This document shows, in pieces, positions 1 through 9,486 of a stretch of 43,953 nt of DNA (position 1 is its first letter; every line of letters starts with the position of its first letter). The position numbers and the translations under genes were made by a program. The notes below the pieces were generated by a model, which worked only from the letters and a program-made list of their open reading frames with translations, had not been told where the DNA came from and did not search any database. This DNA comes from Pseudomonadota bacterium (GTDB lineage: Bacteria > Pseudomonadota > Alphaproteobacteria > Rhodobacterales > Rhodobacteraceae), in the NCBI GenBank assembly GCA_039026255.1, contig JBCCMR010000001.1, positions 1 through 43,953 on the forward strand. The letters run 5' to 3'.

Positions 1-2
1 TG

Positions 3-1157
3 CTTGAAGTACGCGCCTTCGACGGCACGCTGAGCGGGCGCATCACCTTCTCTGGCGGCTCGGGCGTCAGCTTCGACAGTGACCTGCGCGCCAGGGGCAT
101 CCAGATGGAAACGCTTTTGGGTCAGTTTGCGGGCATCACCCGCTTCACCGGAGCGGGCGCCACGGATCTGCGCCTCACTGGGAGGGGCAATTCAGTCGAT
201 GCGCTAATGAATTCGCTTACCGGAACGGGATCCATTGACCTGGGCCAAGGCACCATTCGCGGCATCGACCTCGCCGCGCTTATGCGCAACCTGCAACAGG
301 CGTTTGGCGGGTTTGAAGGCGCGACCGAGTTCACCTCGCTCACAGGTACATTTTCCATGAACGCGGGCGTTCTGGAGAACATCGATCTTTCGCTCATTGC
401 GCCGCTTTTCAGGGCAGGCGGCAAAGGCACCGTGGATGTGGGGGGCCAGGCCATGAATTACACCGTTACGCCTACTCGCTTTGCCGACGGGGCCGAATTC
501 ACCGTGCCGGTGACGATCACCGGCGCCTGGTCGAACCTGCGTATCCGCCCGGATGTGGAAGCGCTGGTTGCGCTTTTGGCCAACGCTGATCTTAGCGGGG
601 CCGAAGAAATCGCCCGCGCCCAAGAAAAACTGGCGGAGGTTAAAGGGCTTCTTGAAAATCCGGAGGCCGCCATCGAGGACCGCCTCAAAGCCGAACTGTC
701 GCGCCGGTTAGCGGAGGAGGTGTCGATCCCCGGCGCCACCCCGGCACCGACGCCTACGGATACGACAATCGGCGGCGGAAAAGAGGTCGCCGCGGCGCCC
801 CAAACTGACTTGCGCGACCAGGTGGAAGACACCTTACGCGATCAGCTTAGGCGCCGTCTTTTGGGGGGCGAATCCGATGTCAAACCCACCCCGGCTCCGA
901 CGCCAAAACCCACCGCCGAGGCCCCTGCATCCCAAGGAGATGGCAACGGCCTTGCGCCTGTGCTGTCGCTACGGCCGCGGGTACGCCCGGCGGGGCTTAA
1001 TACGACGGTGACCGCGGCCCCATCGGCCCCAGATGCGCCCGCCGATACCACCGCGGCGGCTCCCGCAGACAACCGGTCTACGGAAGAGCGGATCAAAGAC
1101 GAACTAGAAGACAAGGCAAAAGACGAGCTACGCAAACTTTTCAAGCTAGGCGACTAG
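3..1157 (+). CDS. AsmA family protein, C-terminal part (5' end outside window)
   Basis: Frame is open from position 3 (LEVRAFDGTLSG...). AsmA-like beta-rich segments (LTGTGSIDLGQGTIRGIDL, TEFTSLTGTF..NAGVLEN.DL, VPVTITGAWSNL) followed by a Pro/Ala-rich tail. Confidence 0.8.
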   Translation, partial: LEVRAFDGTLSGRITFSGGSGVSFDSDLRARGIQMETLLGQFAGITRFTGAGATDLRLTGRGNSVDALMNSLTGTGSIDLGQGTIRGIDLAALMRNLQQAFGGFEGATEFTSLTGTFSMNAGVLENIDLSLIAPLFRAGGKGTVDVGGQAMNYTVTPTRFADGAEFTVPVTITGAWSNLRIRPDVEALVALLANADLSGAEEIARAQEKLAEVKGLLENPEAAIEDRLKAELSRRLAEEVSIPGATPAPTPTDTTIGGGKEVAAAPQTDLRDQVEDTLRDQLRRRLLGGESDVKPTPAPTPKPTAEAPASQGDGNGLAPVLSLRPRVRPAGLNTTVTAAPSAPDAPADTTAAAPADNRSTEERIKDELEDKAKDELRKLFKLGD

Positions 1158-1223
1158 CACCTGCCATTTACGCACCGCATCCCCCCAGCGGGCGCCCGGT
1201 ATCGGAAACCACATCCGCCTTGG

Positions 1224-2009
1224 TCAGGCGTATTTGGCGGGGCGGCCCTGCATCTGAGCAGTCACCGCCTCGATCTGGTTCGGAGCGCCCATGATGTCGG
1301 CCTGCAATTCCCCCTCGAGCGCAAGCCCTTCGACCCCGGCGCCCCAGGTGCGGTCCACCAGTGCTTTTGCGCCGCGCACCGCATCCGGGTTCTTTCCGGC
1401 GATCATGGACGCATAGTCCCGGGCCGCGCCGACCGGATCGTCGTGCAACCAGGTCGCCAGGCCCAGCGACACTGCCTCTGCACCCTCAACAATGCGCCCG
1501 GTCATAATCAGGTCTTTCGCCCGGTCAGCGGGCATCAGTTGAGGCAGGCTTTGGGTCAGGCCCATGTCTGGGATGATGCCCCATTTCATCTCCATAATCG
1601 ACATGCGCGCCCCTGGCGCTACAAAGCGGAAATCCGCGGCCAGCGCCAACTGCACCCCTGCCCCAAAGGCCACCCCTTCGATCGCCGCAATCACCGGCAC
1701 ACCCAGTTCCTGCCAGGCCAGGCTAGGACGCTGGAAGCGGTTACCCTCGGGCGGGGTGCCGCGCAGGATCGCACGGGTGTCGTCAAGCCGCTGGGCCATG
1801 CCCATTAGGCTTGACGTGTCGATGCCTGCGCAAAAGACGCCGCCCGCGCCACGGATCACCACCGCACGCACGTCTGCGCGCCCGGCGAGGCTTTCCGCAG
1901 CCTGGGGCAATTCCTCAAAAAACAACGGATCGAGCGCGTTTTTCTTTTCAGGCCGATTAAGAACCACCTCAGCCACGTGGTTTTCAACGGTGATCTCAAT
2001 GCGTTCCAT
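1224..2009 (-). CDS. enoyl-CoA hydratase/isomerase (crotonase) family protein
   Basis: LNRPEKKNAL, FCAGID, PVIAAIEGVAFGAG, MEMKWGIIPDMG motifs. ATG at 2009 follows GAGGGAG RBS. Confidence 0.92.
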   Translation of the reverse strand: MERIEITVENHVAEVVLNRPEKKNALDPLFFEELPQAAESLAGRADVRAVVIRGAGGVFCAGIDTSSLMGMAQRLDDTRAILRGTPPEGNRFQRPSLAWQELGVPVIAAIEGVAFGAGVQLALAADFRFVAPGARMSIMEMKWGIIPDMGLTQSLPQLMPADRAKDLIMTGRIVEGAEAVSLGLATWLHDDPVGAARDYASMIAGKNPDAVRGAKALVDRTWGAGVEGLALEGELQADIMGAPNQIEAVTAQMQGRPAKYA

Positions 2010-2200
2010 AGGGGTCTCCCTCAACCAGCGGCGTGTCAGTGTGACGATGCCGTGCCCGGCGGCGGATGCAAAGTGGAACGTGGCGTCCCGGGGGTGTCGT
2101 TTTCAGGCGTGACGGCCCGCCAGGCGCAGCGTAACCGAAAAGCGTTGCGGCCCCCCGCGGGTTGCGGCGCGCAGAGGCAATCTGGGTTAGGTTTACGGGC

Positions 2201-4189
2201 GTGAGTATACTTTTGGGCGTAGACACCGGCGGCACGTACACGGACGCGGCGCTTATCGATGGGGACAAGGTCCTGGCATCCGCCAAATCGCTGACTACCC
2301 GCCACGATTTAGCGGTTGGGATTGGTGGCGCGGTGGAGGCGGTGCTGGCCGCGGCGGCGATCAACCCCGGCGATGTGGGGCTTTGTTCGTTATCGACGAC
2401 GCTTGCGACCAATGCGCTGGTGGAAGGCCAAGGCGCACGGGTGGCGCTTGTTTTCATCGGCTTCTCTGAAGGTGATGTGGCGCGCCAGGGTCTTCAAGAT
2501 GCCCTGGGCAGCGACCCGGTGGTGGTGCTTTCCGGGGGGCATACCCATTCCGGCGGCGAAGCAGCTGCCTTCGACGGGGATGCCCTTCGCGCGGCGCTCG
2601 AGCGTCTGGGCCCGGTGTCGGGCTTTGCGGTGGCGGCACAATTTGCCACCCGCAACCCTGCCCACGAGGTTGCAGCCCGCGATATCATTCGCGTCGAAAC
2701 CGGTGCGCCGGTGACCTGTTCCCACGAGCTCAGCGCCAAACTCGGCGGTCCCAAGCGGGCTATGACCGCGGTCTTGAACGCGCGGCTGATCGGCATGATC
2801 GACAGCCTGATCGGCGCCGCCGAACGCTATTTCCGCGCCCTGGGAATTCGCGCGCCGATGATGGTGACGCGCGGGGATGGGGCTCTTATCTCCTCGGCGG
2901 TAGCGCGCGAAAAGCCCATTGAGACGATCCTCTCGGGCCCCGCAGCAAGCCTGGTCGGCGCGCGCTGGCTGACCGGGGCGGATCGGGCGATTGTGTCTGA
3001 CATCGGCGGCACAACCACCGACGTGGCGGTTTTGGCGGACGGTCGGCCCACCATCGACCCCGACGGCGCCCAGGTAGGCGGGTTTCGCACCATGGTCGAA
3101 GCAGTTGCCATGCGCACCACAGGTCTCGGCGGGGATAGCGAAGTCCATGTGCTGGAAAGCGGGCTTGCGGGGGGGCTGACGCTTGGCCCCCGGCGCGTAG
3201 TGCCGCTGTCGCTTGCCGCGCTCCAACACGGGGAAGTGGTGCTAAGCGCGCTAGAACGCCAGGAAGGGGCAGAGCGCCTGGGCGACCACGACGGGCGCTT
3301 TGTGCTGCCGGCCCGCCACGCGGGTCACGCCGCCCACGGCCTGCCCGACCGGGACGCGCGGCTTTTGGAGCGGGTGGGCGACACAGCCTGGGAAATGGGC
3401 AAGCTTCTGAAGAACCGCATGGAACTGGCCGCGCTCGACCGGCTTAGGGCGCGCGGGCTTTTGATGGTGGCGGCGCTGACACCGTCGGACGCGGCCCACG
3501 AACTCGCGCTTTTGGACGCTTGGAACGGCGTCGCCGCGCGCAAGGGCCTCGCGCTATTGGCGCGGCGCCGCAATGGCGCGGGGGAATTGCTGGCTCCCGA
3601 TCCGCGCACCATGGCGCAGCGCATCATCGACCAACTGACCCGCCAGACTGCCCAGGCGCTGATGGAGTGCGCATTTGCGGAGGACCGCATGGACCCGGCG
3701 CTCGCCCGCCATCCGTTGACGCTGGCCGGGCACGCGCGGCACCGGGGGCTTACGCGGCTTGATGCGGGCCTGGCGTTGCCGGTTATTGGGCTTGGCGCCT
3801 CGGCGGGCAGCTACTACCGGGCGGTGGGCCAGATGCTGGGCACTGAGATGGTGCTCCCTGCCCACGCAGGCGTGGCTAATGCCATCGGCGCGGTGGTGGG
3901 GCAAATCACCATGCGGCGCACCGGGCAGATCACCGCCGCCGGGCAAAACCGCTACCGCGTGCACTTGCCCGACGGCCCCGCCGACCATCGCGACCGGGAC
4001 GCGGCCTTTGCCGCGCTCCGCGCCCATCTCGATACCGCCGCCGAAGGTGCCGCCCGGGACGCGGGCGCCGAAGGTATCCGGCTAAGCGCGGAAGAAGACC
4101 TGCGCGAGGCCACGGTCGACGGCAAAACCACCTTTGTAGAGGCAACGATCACCGTCACCGCTACCGGCCGTCCGCGCATCACCGCCTAG
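2201..4189 (+). CDS. hydantoinase/oxoprolinase A-type (N-terminal domain) protein
   Basis: LGVDTGGTYTDA, STTLATNALVEG, ETILSGPAAS, DIGGTTTD, AGVANAIGA motifs. GTG start at 2201 is inferred. Confidence 0.9.
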   Translation: MSILLGVDTGGTYTDAALIDGDKVLASAKSLTTRHDLAVGIGGAVEAVLAAAAINPGDVGLCSLSTTLATNALVEGQGARVALVFIGFSEGDVARQGLQDALGSDPVVVLSGGHTHSGGEAAAFDGDALRAALERLGPVSGFAVAAQFATRNPAHEVAARDIIRVETGAPVTCSHELSAKLGGPKRAMTAVLNARLIGMIDSLIGAAERYFRALGIRAPMMVTRGDGALISSAVAREKPIETILSGPAASLVGARWLTGADRAIVSDIGGTTTDVAVLADGRPTIDPDGAQVGGFRTMVEAVAMRTTGLGGDSEVHVLESGLAGGLTLGPRRVVPLSLAALQHGEVVLSALERQEGAERLGDHDGRFVLPARHAGHAAHGLPDRDARLLERVGDTAWEMGKLLKNRMELAALDRLRARGLLMVAALTPSDAAHELALLDAWNGVAARKGLALLARRRNGAGELLAPDPRTMAQRIIDQLTRQTAQALMECAFAEDRMDPALARHPLTLAGHARHRGLTRLDAGLALPVIGLGASAGSYYRAVGQMLGTEMVLPAHAGVANAIGAVVGQITMRRTGQITAAGQNRYRVHLPDGPADHRDRDAAFAALRAHLDTAAEGAARDAGAEGIRLSAEEDLREATVDGKTTFVEATITVTATGRPRITA

Positions 4190-5061
4190 CGCGCCTTGAG
4201 TTTGGGGTTCAGCGCATCGTTGAGCCCGTCGCCCACCAGAGAGATGCACAGCACCGTCACAAAAATACAAAGCCCGGGGATCGTGACCGTGAAGCTGGCG
4301 TCGAGGATGTACTGGCGGTTCGACCCGATGATCTGACCCCAACTCACGACATTGGGATCGGTGAGCCCCAGAAAGCTAAGCCCCGCCTCAAACAGGATCG
4401 CCGACCCCACCATCAGCGCCGCCTGCACGATGATCGGCGGCAGCGCATTGGGCAGCATCACCCGCAGCATGATGCGCCCGGGCCGCGTGCCCGAGGCGCG
4501 GCTAGCCATCACAAAATCCAGCTCCCGGATGCGCATAAACTCGGCCCGGGTGATACGTGCCACGGCTGTCCAACTCACCACCCCGATAGCGAAGGTGATC
4601 ATTGGCAGCGACGCCCCGAAAAGCGCAACAATGACCATCGAAAAAAGGAGCGTCGGCAGGACCTGGAAGAATTCCGTGATCCGCATGAGAACCTCTTCCA
4701 CCCAGCCCAGGTAAAACCCGGCCAGGGCGCCTACGGTCACGCCGATAACGATGCTCACAAAGGCCGCCGACAGCCCGATCACGATGGAAACACGCGCGCC
4801 GCTTAGGATCTGGCTCATTAGATCGCGGCCCAAGTAGTCCGTGCCCAGAAGAAAACCATCTGCCCCCGGCGGCGAAAACGGCGCCCAAACCATCTCGAAG
4901 GGGTCGCCGCCGTAGAGGAACGGGCCGAAGATCGCCGCCAGCACGATCAGCGTCAGCACCACAAGGGCCGCCATAGCCGCATGGTTGCCGCGAAACCGCG
5001 CAAAGCTTTCAGCTAACGGGGACAGCGCGCGGCTTTGAGTGTCGAGTTGCAGATCGCTCAT
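4186..5061 (-). CDS. peptide/nickel ABC transporter permease (DppC/OppC-like)
   Basis: LGTDYLGRD, EAA-like loop (DFVMASRASG), LPNALPP, EAGLSFLGL, GDGLNDALNPK. Confidence 0.93.
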   Translation of the reverse strand: MSDLQLDTQSRALSPLAESFARFRGNHAAMAALVVLTLIVLAAIFGPFLYGGDPFEMVWAPFSPPGADGFLLGTDYLGRDLMSQILSGARVSIVIGLSAAFVSIVIGVTVGALAGFYLGWVEEVLMRITEFFQVLPTLLFSMVIVALFGASLPMITFAIGVVSWTAVARITRAEFMRIRELDFVMASRASGTRPGRIMLRVMLPNALPPIIVQAALMVGSAILFEAGLSFLGLTDPNVVSWGQIIGSNRQYILDASFTVTIPGLCIFVTVLCISLVGDGLNDALNPKLKAR

Positions 5062-5064
5062 CGC

Positions 5065-6042
5065 TTATCCTTTGCCGCCCACACGCGGGTCCACGGCGCG
5101 CAGGGCGGTGTCGGTCAGGATGTTTCCCACCACCACCACCAGCGCGCTGAAAAAGAGGATGCCCAGGATTGTCGGCGTGTCTCGGGCAATGATCGACTGA
5201 AAGGCCAGGGTGCCGAGGCCGGGCCAACTGAACACCGCCTCCACTAGAACGGCGCCCGAAATGACCGCCGAGAACTGAAGCCCTGCCAGGGTGATCACCG
5301 GCGAAAGCGCGTTTTTGAGCGCGTGTCGGTAGACCACAATATTTTCGGGCATGCCTTTGGCGTAAGCCGTCCGCACATAATCGGTGCGCAGTTGTTCGAG
5401 CATCGTCGCCCGGGTCAGCCGCGAATAGAGCGCCAGAAACACGCTGGCGAGCGTGATCATCGGCAACAGCAGGTGGCGCAGGATGTCGGCGGTTTCGACA
5501 AAGAAATTGCCGTCCACGGTCACGTCGCGCATGCCCGCCACGGGCAGGATCGGGATCTTGAGCGAAAACGCGATCAAAAGCAGGATGCCCGTCCAGAAAA
5601 CCGGCGCGGAATAGCCGAAGAGCGCGATGAAGGTGACCACATAGCTCGCCGCACCGTTCGGGCGCTTGGCCGAGATCACCCCGAGCACCACGCCGATCAA
5701 GAGCGCTAGGATCTGCGCCGAAAAGACCAGCAGAAGCGTCGCCGGAAGGCGTTGCAGGATCAGGTCAGTGACCGGGGTGTTGTAGAAGAATGAATAGCCC
5801 AGGTCGAATTGGAGCACGTTGCCGATGTAACGGCCAAGCTGCGCCAGAAACGGCTGATCGAGCCCGTAATCCTGGCGAATTTGTTCCAGCACCTCGGGGT
5901 CCGCGCCGCCCGAGGCCTGGGCAATGGTGTCGGCCACGTCGCCTGGGGCCAGGTGCATCATGGTGAAGTTCAACACCAGCACCGCCATCAAAAGCAGAGC
6001 CGCATAAACAAGTCGCACCGCGAGATTTTGCAGAAAGACCAA
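5065..6042 (-). CDS. peptide/nickel ABC transporter permease (DppB/OppB-like)
   Basis: APGD, YGLDQP, DLGYSF, DYVRTAYAKG, HALKNAL, VEAVFSWPGLG, DPRV. TTG start preceded by GGAAGGA. Confidence 0.93.
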   Translation of the reverse strand: MVFLQNLAVRLVYAALLLMAVLVLNFTMMHLAPGDVADTIAQASGGADPEVLEQIRQDYGLDQPFLAQLGRYIGNVLQFDLGYSFFYNTPVTDLILQRLPATLLLVFSAQILALLIGVVLGVISAKRPNGAASYVVTFIALFGYSAPVFWTGILLLIAFSLKIPILPVAGMRDVTVDGNFFVETADILRHLLLPMITLASVFLALYSRLTRATMLEQLRTDYVRTAYAKGMPENIVVYRHALKNALSPVITLAGLQFSAVISGAVLVEAVFSWPGLGTLAFQSIIARDTPTILGILFFSALVVVVGNILTDTALRAVDPRVGGKG

Positions 6043-6187
6043 AGTGGTGTTCCTTCCGGACGGGTCGCCGCGGGGAATGGCTCCGCCGGGGCGTCATATT
6101 CGGGCTGAGGCGCGCCACGGCGGGGTTCCGCCGCAGCGGTTTTCTCGTTTCCGGCGGGCCTTTTAGGGCCCGTTCCCCGCGGGAACC

Positions 6188-6230
6188 CCGACCGGGGCCG
6201 CAGCGGCGCGGCCGCGGCCCGGGGTGTCGG
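6188..6230 (-). terminator. GC-rich stem-loop just downstream of the substrate-binding protein gene (mRNA stabiliser or attenuator)
   Basis: Imperfect inverted repeat ccgac-cggggccgc...gcggcccg-gggtgtcgg at the SBP stop. No U-tract. Confidence 0.35.
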
Positions 6231-7811
6231 TCACTCTTTGAGGTAAACCAGGTCAAGCGGGCTAGATGTGGCCCAGATGCCCAGGGGCGCGTTGCCGACC
6301 TTTTCGTTGTAGACCGTGTGGTAGGGCAACGCGTTGGTGAAATAGATCGGCACCTCGTCGGCGATGATCTCCTGGAACTCTTTATAAAGCGCTTTGCGCT
6401 TTTCCGGATCCCCTTCTTTTGCGGCCATCGCCAAGAGGTCGTCCACGCGGGTATTGGCGTAGCCCTGGGTGTTCGACCACACGCCCTTGCCGATGTTCGA
6501 CGACAGGTAGGTGCGGTGCACGCCGATCACCGGGTCGCCCCAGTTAAAGACGGTGTCCCAGCTGAGGTCGAAGTCCATCTCGCCCATACGCTTGGCCCAT
6601 GTCGGGAAGTCGGCGCTGGCGCGTACCTCAACCTCGATCCCCACCTTCTTGAGCGCCGCCTTGACGTATTCAACCTGGGGCTTCACGCCCGGCCAGCCAA
6701 AATCGATGGTCAGATCGAAACGCTTGCCGTCTTCCATAGGAAAGCCCGCTTCATCAAGGAGCGCGTTCGCCTTGTCGAGATCGAGCGGGTAATCCGGCAC
6801 ATCGGCGTTGTAGAAGGGGCTATCCGGGTGAATGCCCGTTTTGGCGTCCGCGGCGGCGCCCAGCATCAGCGCCTTGTGGATAAAGTTCTTGTCGACCGCG
6901 TGGGCAATCGCCTGGCGCACGCGCTTATCCTGGAGAGGCCCGCGCTGGGTATTGATCGCGAGCCAATCAAGTGGCCCGATCGCGCCATAGCCTTCTGGCG
7001 TGACGGTCAGCTTTTCGTTCTTCTTGAGCCGGTTGATGATGCGCGGGATCGATTCGAATGCGCCCATTTGCACCTCGCCGTTTTCATAGGCAATGGCGCG
7101 GGCCGCTGGATCGGTGATAATGCGGAGCACAATTTCGTCCAGATAGGGCCGACCCTCTAGGAAGAAGCCGTCGTAGCGCTCCATGATGACGTATTCGCCG
7201 TTCTTGAACTCTTTGAGCTTGAACGGGCCCGAACCTACTACGTCGGTGGTGTTGCGCGGGTGTGTCTTAGGGTCCTGGCCGTCACCGTAGATGTGTTTTG
7301 GGATAATCGCCATCAACTGGCCAGACATAGCTAACAAAAGTCCCGGATGTGGCTGGCTCAGCCGCAGAATCGCGGTGTGCTCGTCAGGCGTTTCTACTGA
7401 TGCGACAGGGGCAAACATGGATTTAAACGGGTGATGTGCCTTGATGACGTCGACCGAAAAGGCCACGTCCTCGGACGTGATCGGCGCCCCGTCATGGAAG
7501 GTGGCGTTCTTGCGCAAGTTCAGCGTCACGCTAAGCCCGTCTTCGGCCACTTCCCAGCTTTCGGCCAGATAGGGCTGCGGCTCCCAGTTATCGTCATAGC
7601 GCAGCGGCGCGGCAAAAAGCTGGGCGCCGGGATAGCCCGTGACGATGCCTGACTGCACCGCCGGGTTCAGGTTGCGCACGTTGGTGCCCAGAACCGAAAT
7701 CAGCGTGCCGCCGCGGGTGGGCTCTTCGGCCCAACTTCCCGTGGCAACCGTCGCTGTGAGCGCAAGCCCTAGCGCGGCGGTTCGGGCCATGCCCGTGAAA
7801 AAACGTCTCAT
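6231..7811 (-). CDS. family 5 ABC substrate-binding protein (DppA-like)
   Basis: Signal peptide, RGGTL, PYLAESWEV, LRKNATFHDG.PITSEDVAFS, VGSGPFKL, DKRVRQAIAHAVD. Confidence 0.93.
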   Translation of the reverse strand: MRRFFTGMARTAALGLALTATVATGSWAEEPTRGGTLISVLGTNVRNLNPAVQSGIVTGYPGAQLFAAPLRYDDNWEPQPYLAESWEVAEDGLSVTLNLRKNATFHDGAPITSEDVAFSVDVIKAHHPFKSMFAPVASVETPDEHTAILRLSQPHPGLLLAMSGQLMAIIPKHIYGDGQDPKTHPRNTTDVVGSGPFKLKEFKNGEYVIMERYDGFFLEGRPYLDEIVLRIITDPAARAIAYENGEVQMGAFESIPRIINRLKKNEKLTVTPEGYGAIGPLDWLAINTQRGPLQDKRVRQAIAHAVDKNFIHKALMLGAAADAKTGIHPDSPFYNADVPDYPLDLDKANALLDEAGFPMEDGKRFDLTIDFGWPGVKPQVEYVKAALKKVGIEVEVRASADFPTWAKRMGEMDFDLSWDTVFNWGDPVIGVHRTYLSSNIGKGVWSNTQGYANTRVDDLLAMAAKEGDPEKRKALYKEFQEIIADEVPIYFTNALPYHTVYNEKVGNAPLGIWATSSPLDLVYLKE

Positions 7812-7904
7812 GGAGGTCTCCCCGGTTAGTTATTGGTTAACGTGTTATAGCCCAAACCTGCACCGGGACAGCTACGGCGTCAAACTCTTGTTGGTCGCGT
7901 CGTT

Positions 7905-8549
7905 CTATGGGCCATCGCGAACTACTAATCCGGTGAAGATGCGGTCCAAAAAGCCGATGATGCGCGTCTCAAAGGCAATTCCGGGATCAGGCAGCGGCCC
8001 GCCCTCCATGGTGCTGACCACGTCGCAACAGCCATGAAGCAGCGACCAAATCATCAGCGCGGTATCATCGGGGTCGTCCACGGCCAAGTGCCCGGCATCA
8101 ATGCCCTGGGCCAGTTCCCGGGATAAAAGCGCAATGGTTGCGGCGCCCGCGGTTTCGTCGGCGTCGTTCCTGGGGCGCAACATCACGCGCACCCACGACG
8201 CATGATCACGCGCGAAGTGACAGTAGGCCAAGCATCCACCCGTGAGCCGAGCGCGCCAGTTATCCCCGGCCCGATCCAGCGCCGCCACAATTGCCGGCCC
8301 CATGCGGGCGAACCCTTCGTCCGCGACCGCACGCAGGAGCGCGTCTTTATCCTTAAAGTGCATGTAGGGAGCGTTGTGGCTGACACCTGCGGCCCAGGCC
8401 AGGGCACGCAGCGAAAGCGCCTCGGGCGGGGTATCGCGCAAAATATCTAAGGCCCGCGCCACCAGATCGGCCCGTAGGTCGCCGTGGTGGTAGGGCCTTG
8501 TGCTGCGCGGCGGGTCACTGGTTCCAGCGCATATATCGACATCGTCCAT
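7905..8549 (-). CDS. TetR/AcrR family transcriptional regulator
   Basis: YHHGDLR, LSLRALAWAAGVSHNAPYMHFKDKDALL helix-turn-helix, C-terminal IWSLLHG. Start codon uncertain. Confidence 0.9.
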   Translation of the reverse strand: MDDVDICAGTSDPPRSTRPYHHGDLRADLVARALDILRDTPPEALSLRALAWAAGVSHNAPYMHFKDKDALLRAVADEGFARMGPAIVAALDRAGDNWRARLTGGCLAYCHFARDHASWVRVMLRPRNDADETAGAATIALLSRELAQGIDAGHLAVDDPDDTALMIWSLLHGCCDVVSTMEGGPLPDPGIAFETRIIGFLDRIFTGLVVRDGP

Positions 8550-8568
8550 ATTACCGCCCATCCGTTAT

Positions 8569-8612
8569 ATTGACACTGCCCAGGACGCCCGTAGGACCTT
8601 GCCCCTGTCAAG
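8569..8612. promoter_or_regulatory. two imperfect CTTGACA-C-TGTCAAG palindromes (putative TetR operators); the first contains a TTGACA -35 hexamer
   Basis: attgacactgcccag (8569-8583, 12/15 match) and cttgcccctgtcaag (8598-8612, 13/15 match) between divergent genes. Confidence 0.5.
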
Positions 8613-8802
8613 CCACCGCCTGCGCGTCGCGCTCCGTTATCTGCATCTGGCCGCCGGGGCTGTGGTAGCAGCGCTGATCTATAGCCCGCTCAAGGGTGTA
8701 CCGGCAGTCTTTGGGGCCATGGCCCAAGGTGTGCTGCCGGTGCTGATCGCCTCCGGGCTTGTGCTTTGGAAACTGCCGCAGATGCTGCGCGCCCTGCGCT
8801 AG
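8599..8802 (+). CDS. small two-helix membrane protein, divergent from TetR
   Basis: TTG after AGGA. LRVALRYLHLAAGAVVAALIYSP...GVLPVLIASGLVLWK gives two hydrophobic segments. Confidence 0.6.
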   Translation: MPLSSHRLRVALRYLHLAAGAVVAALIYSPLKGVPAVFGAMAQGVLPVLIASGLVLWKLPQMLRALR

Positions 8803-8999
8803 GCCCGCCATGCCTGAGCCCCGGGGGTAGAAAACGGCACTGCCCGGACTATCTGGGCGAGAATTCGCCGACGCTACCCCACCCCGCGCGCGTATTTTTG
8901 CCCTGCCCACCCGCGGCAACCCGCTGGTTATTGCATAACCCTTCCACGCTTCGCATGTTGGGGCATTGAGGACACCGCACACAAAAGGCCCTGGAACCC

Positions 9000-9416
9000 A
9001 TGCGCCCAACTCGCTTGATCCCCGTTGCGATCACACTCGCCGCGCTAGCCCTATCCAGCGGGCCGCTGAGCGCCAAAACCCCGCTGCGCGACAACACGGC
9101 AATCAACGACCAGCTCCTGGTGGTCGGGCTCGCCAACGAGATCCGCAAGACCTGCGGCTCGATCTCTGGGCGACTGGTCAAGGGGGTGTCGACCCTGCGC
9201 GCGATCCACCGCCAGGCCCTGTCCGAGGGCTATTCCAAAGACGAAATCGAAGCTTATGTAGATAATCGCGACGAAAAGAATCGCATGAAAGCGCGCGGGC
9301 GTGCCTGGCTTGCGGCGCGGGGGGCAAGCCCGGATAACCCTGACACCATGTGCCGCGTGGGCCGCGAAGAAATCGCCAAGGCCAGCGCCATCGGTTCACT
9401 TTTGTACGAAAACTGA
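9000..9416 (+). CDS. DUF5333-like secreted protein (nuo-cluster accessory ORF)
   Basis: Signal peptide, KTPLRD..I...L...LANEIRKTC.SI.GR, GYSKDEIEAYV, C.VGREEI...SAIGSLL. Confidence 0.8.
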   Translation: MRPTRLIPVAITLAALALSSGPLSAKTPLRDNTAINDQLLVVGLANEIRKTCGSISGRLVKGVSTLRAIHRQALSEGYSKDEIEAYVDNRDEKNRMKARGRAWLAARGASPDNPDTMCRVGREEIAKASAIGSLLYEN

Positions 9417-9486
9417 CCTGCTGCGCCCGGCACCCACGAGCCCTTGTCGCTTGAGCCGCGCACCCATCCGGTTTAGGCCAAATACG

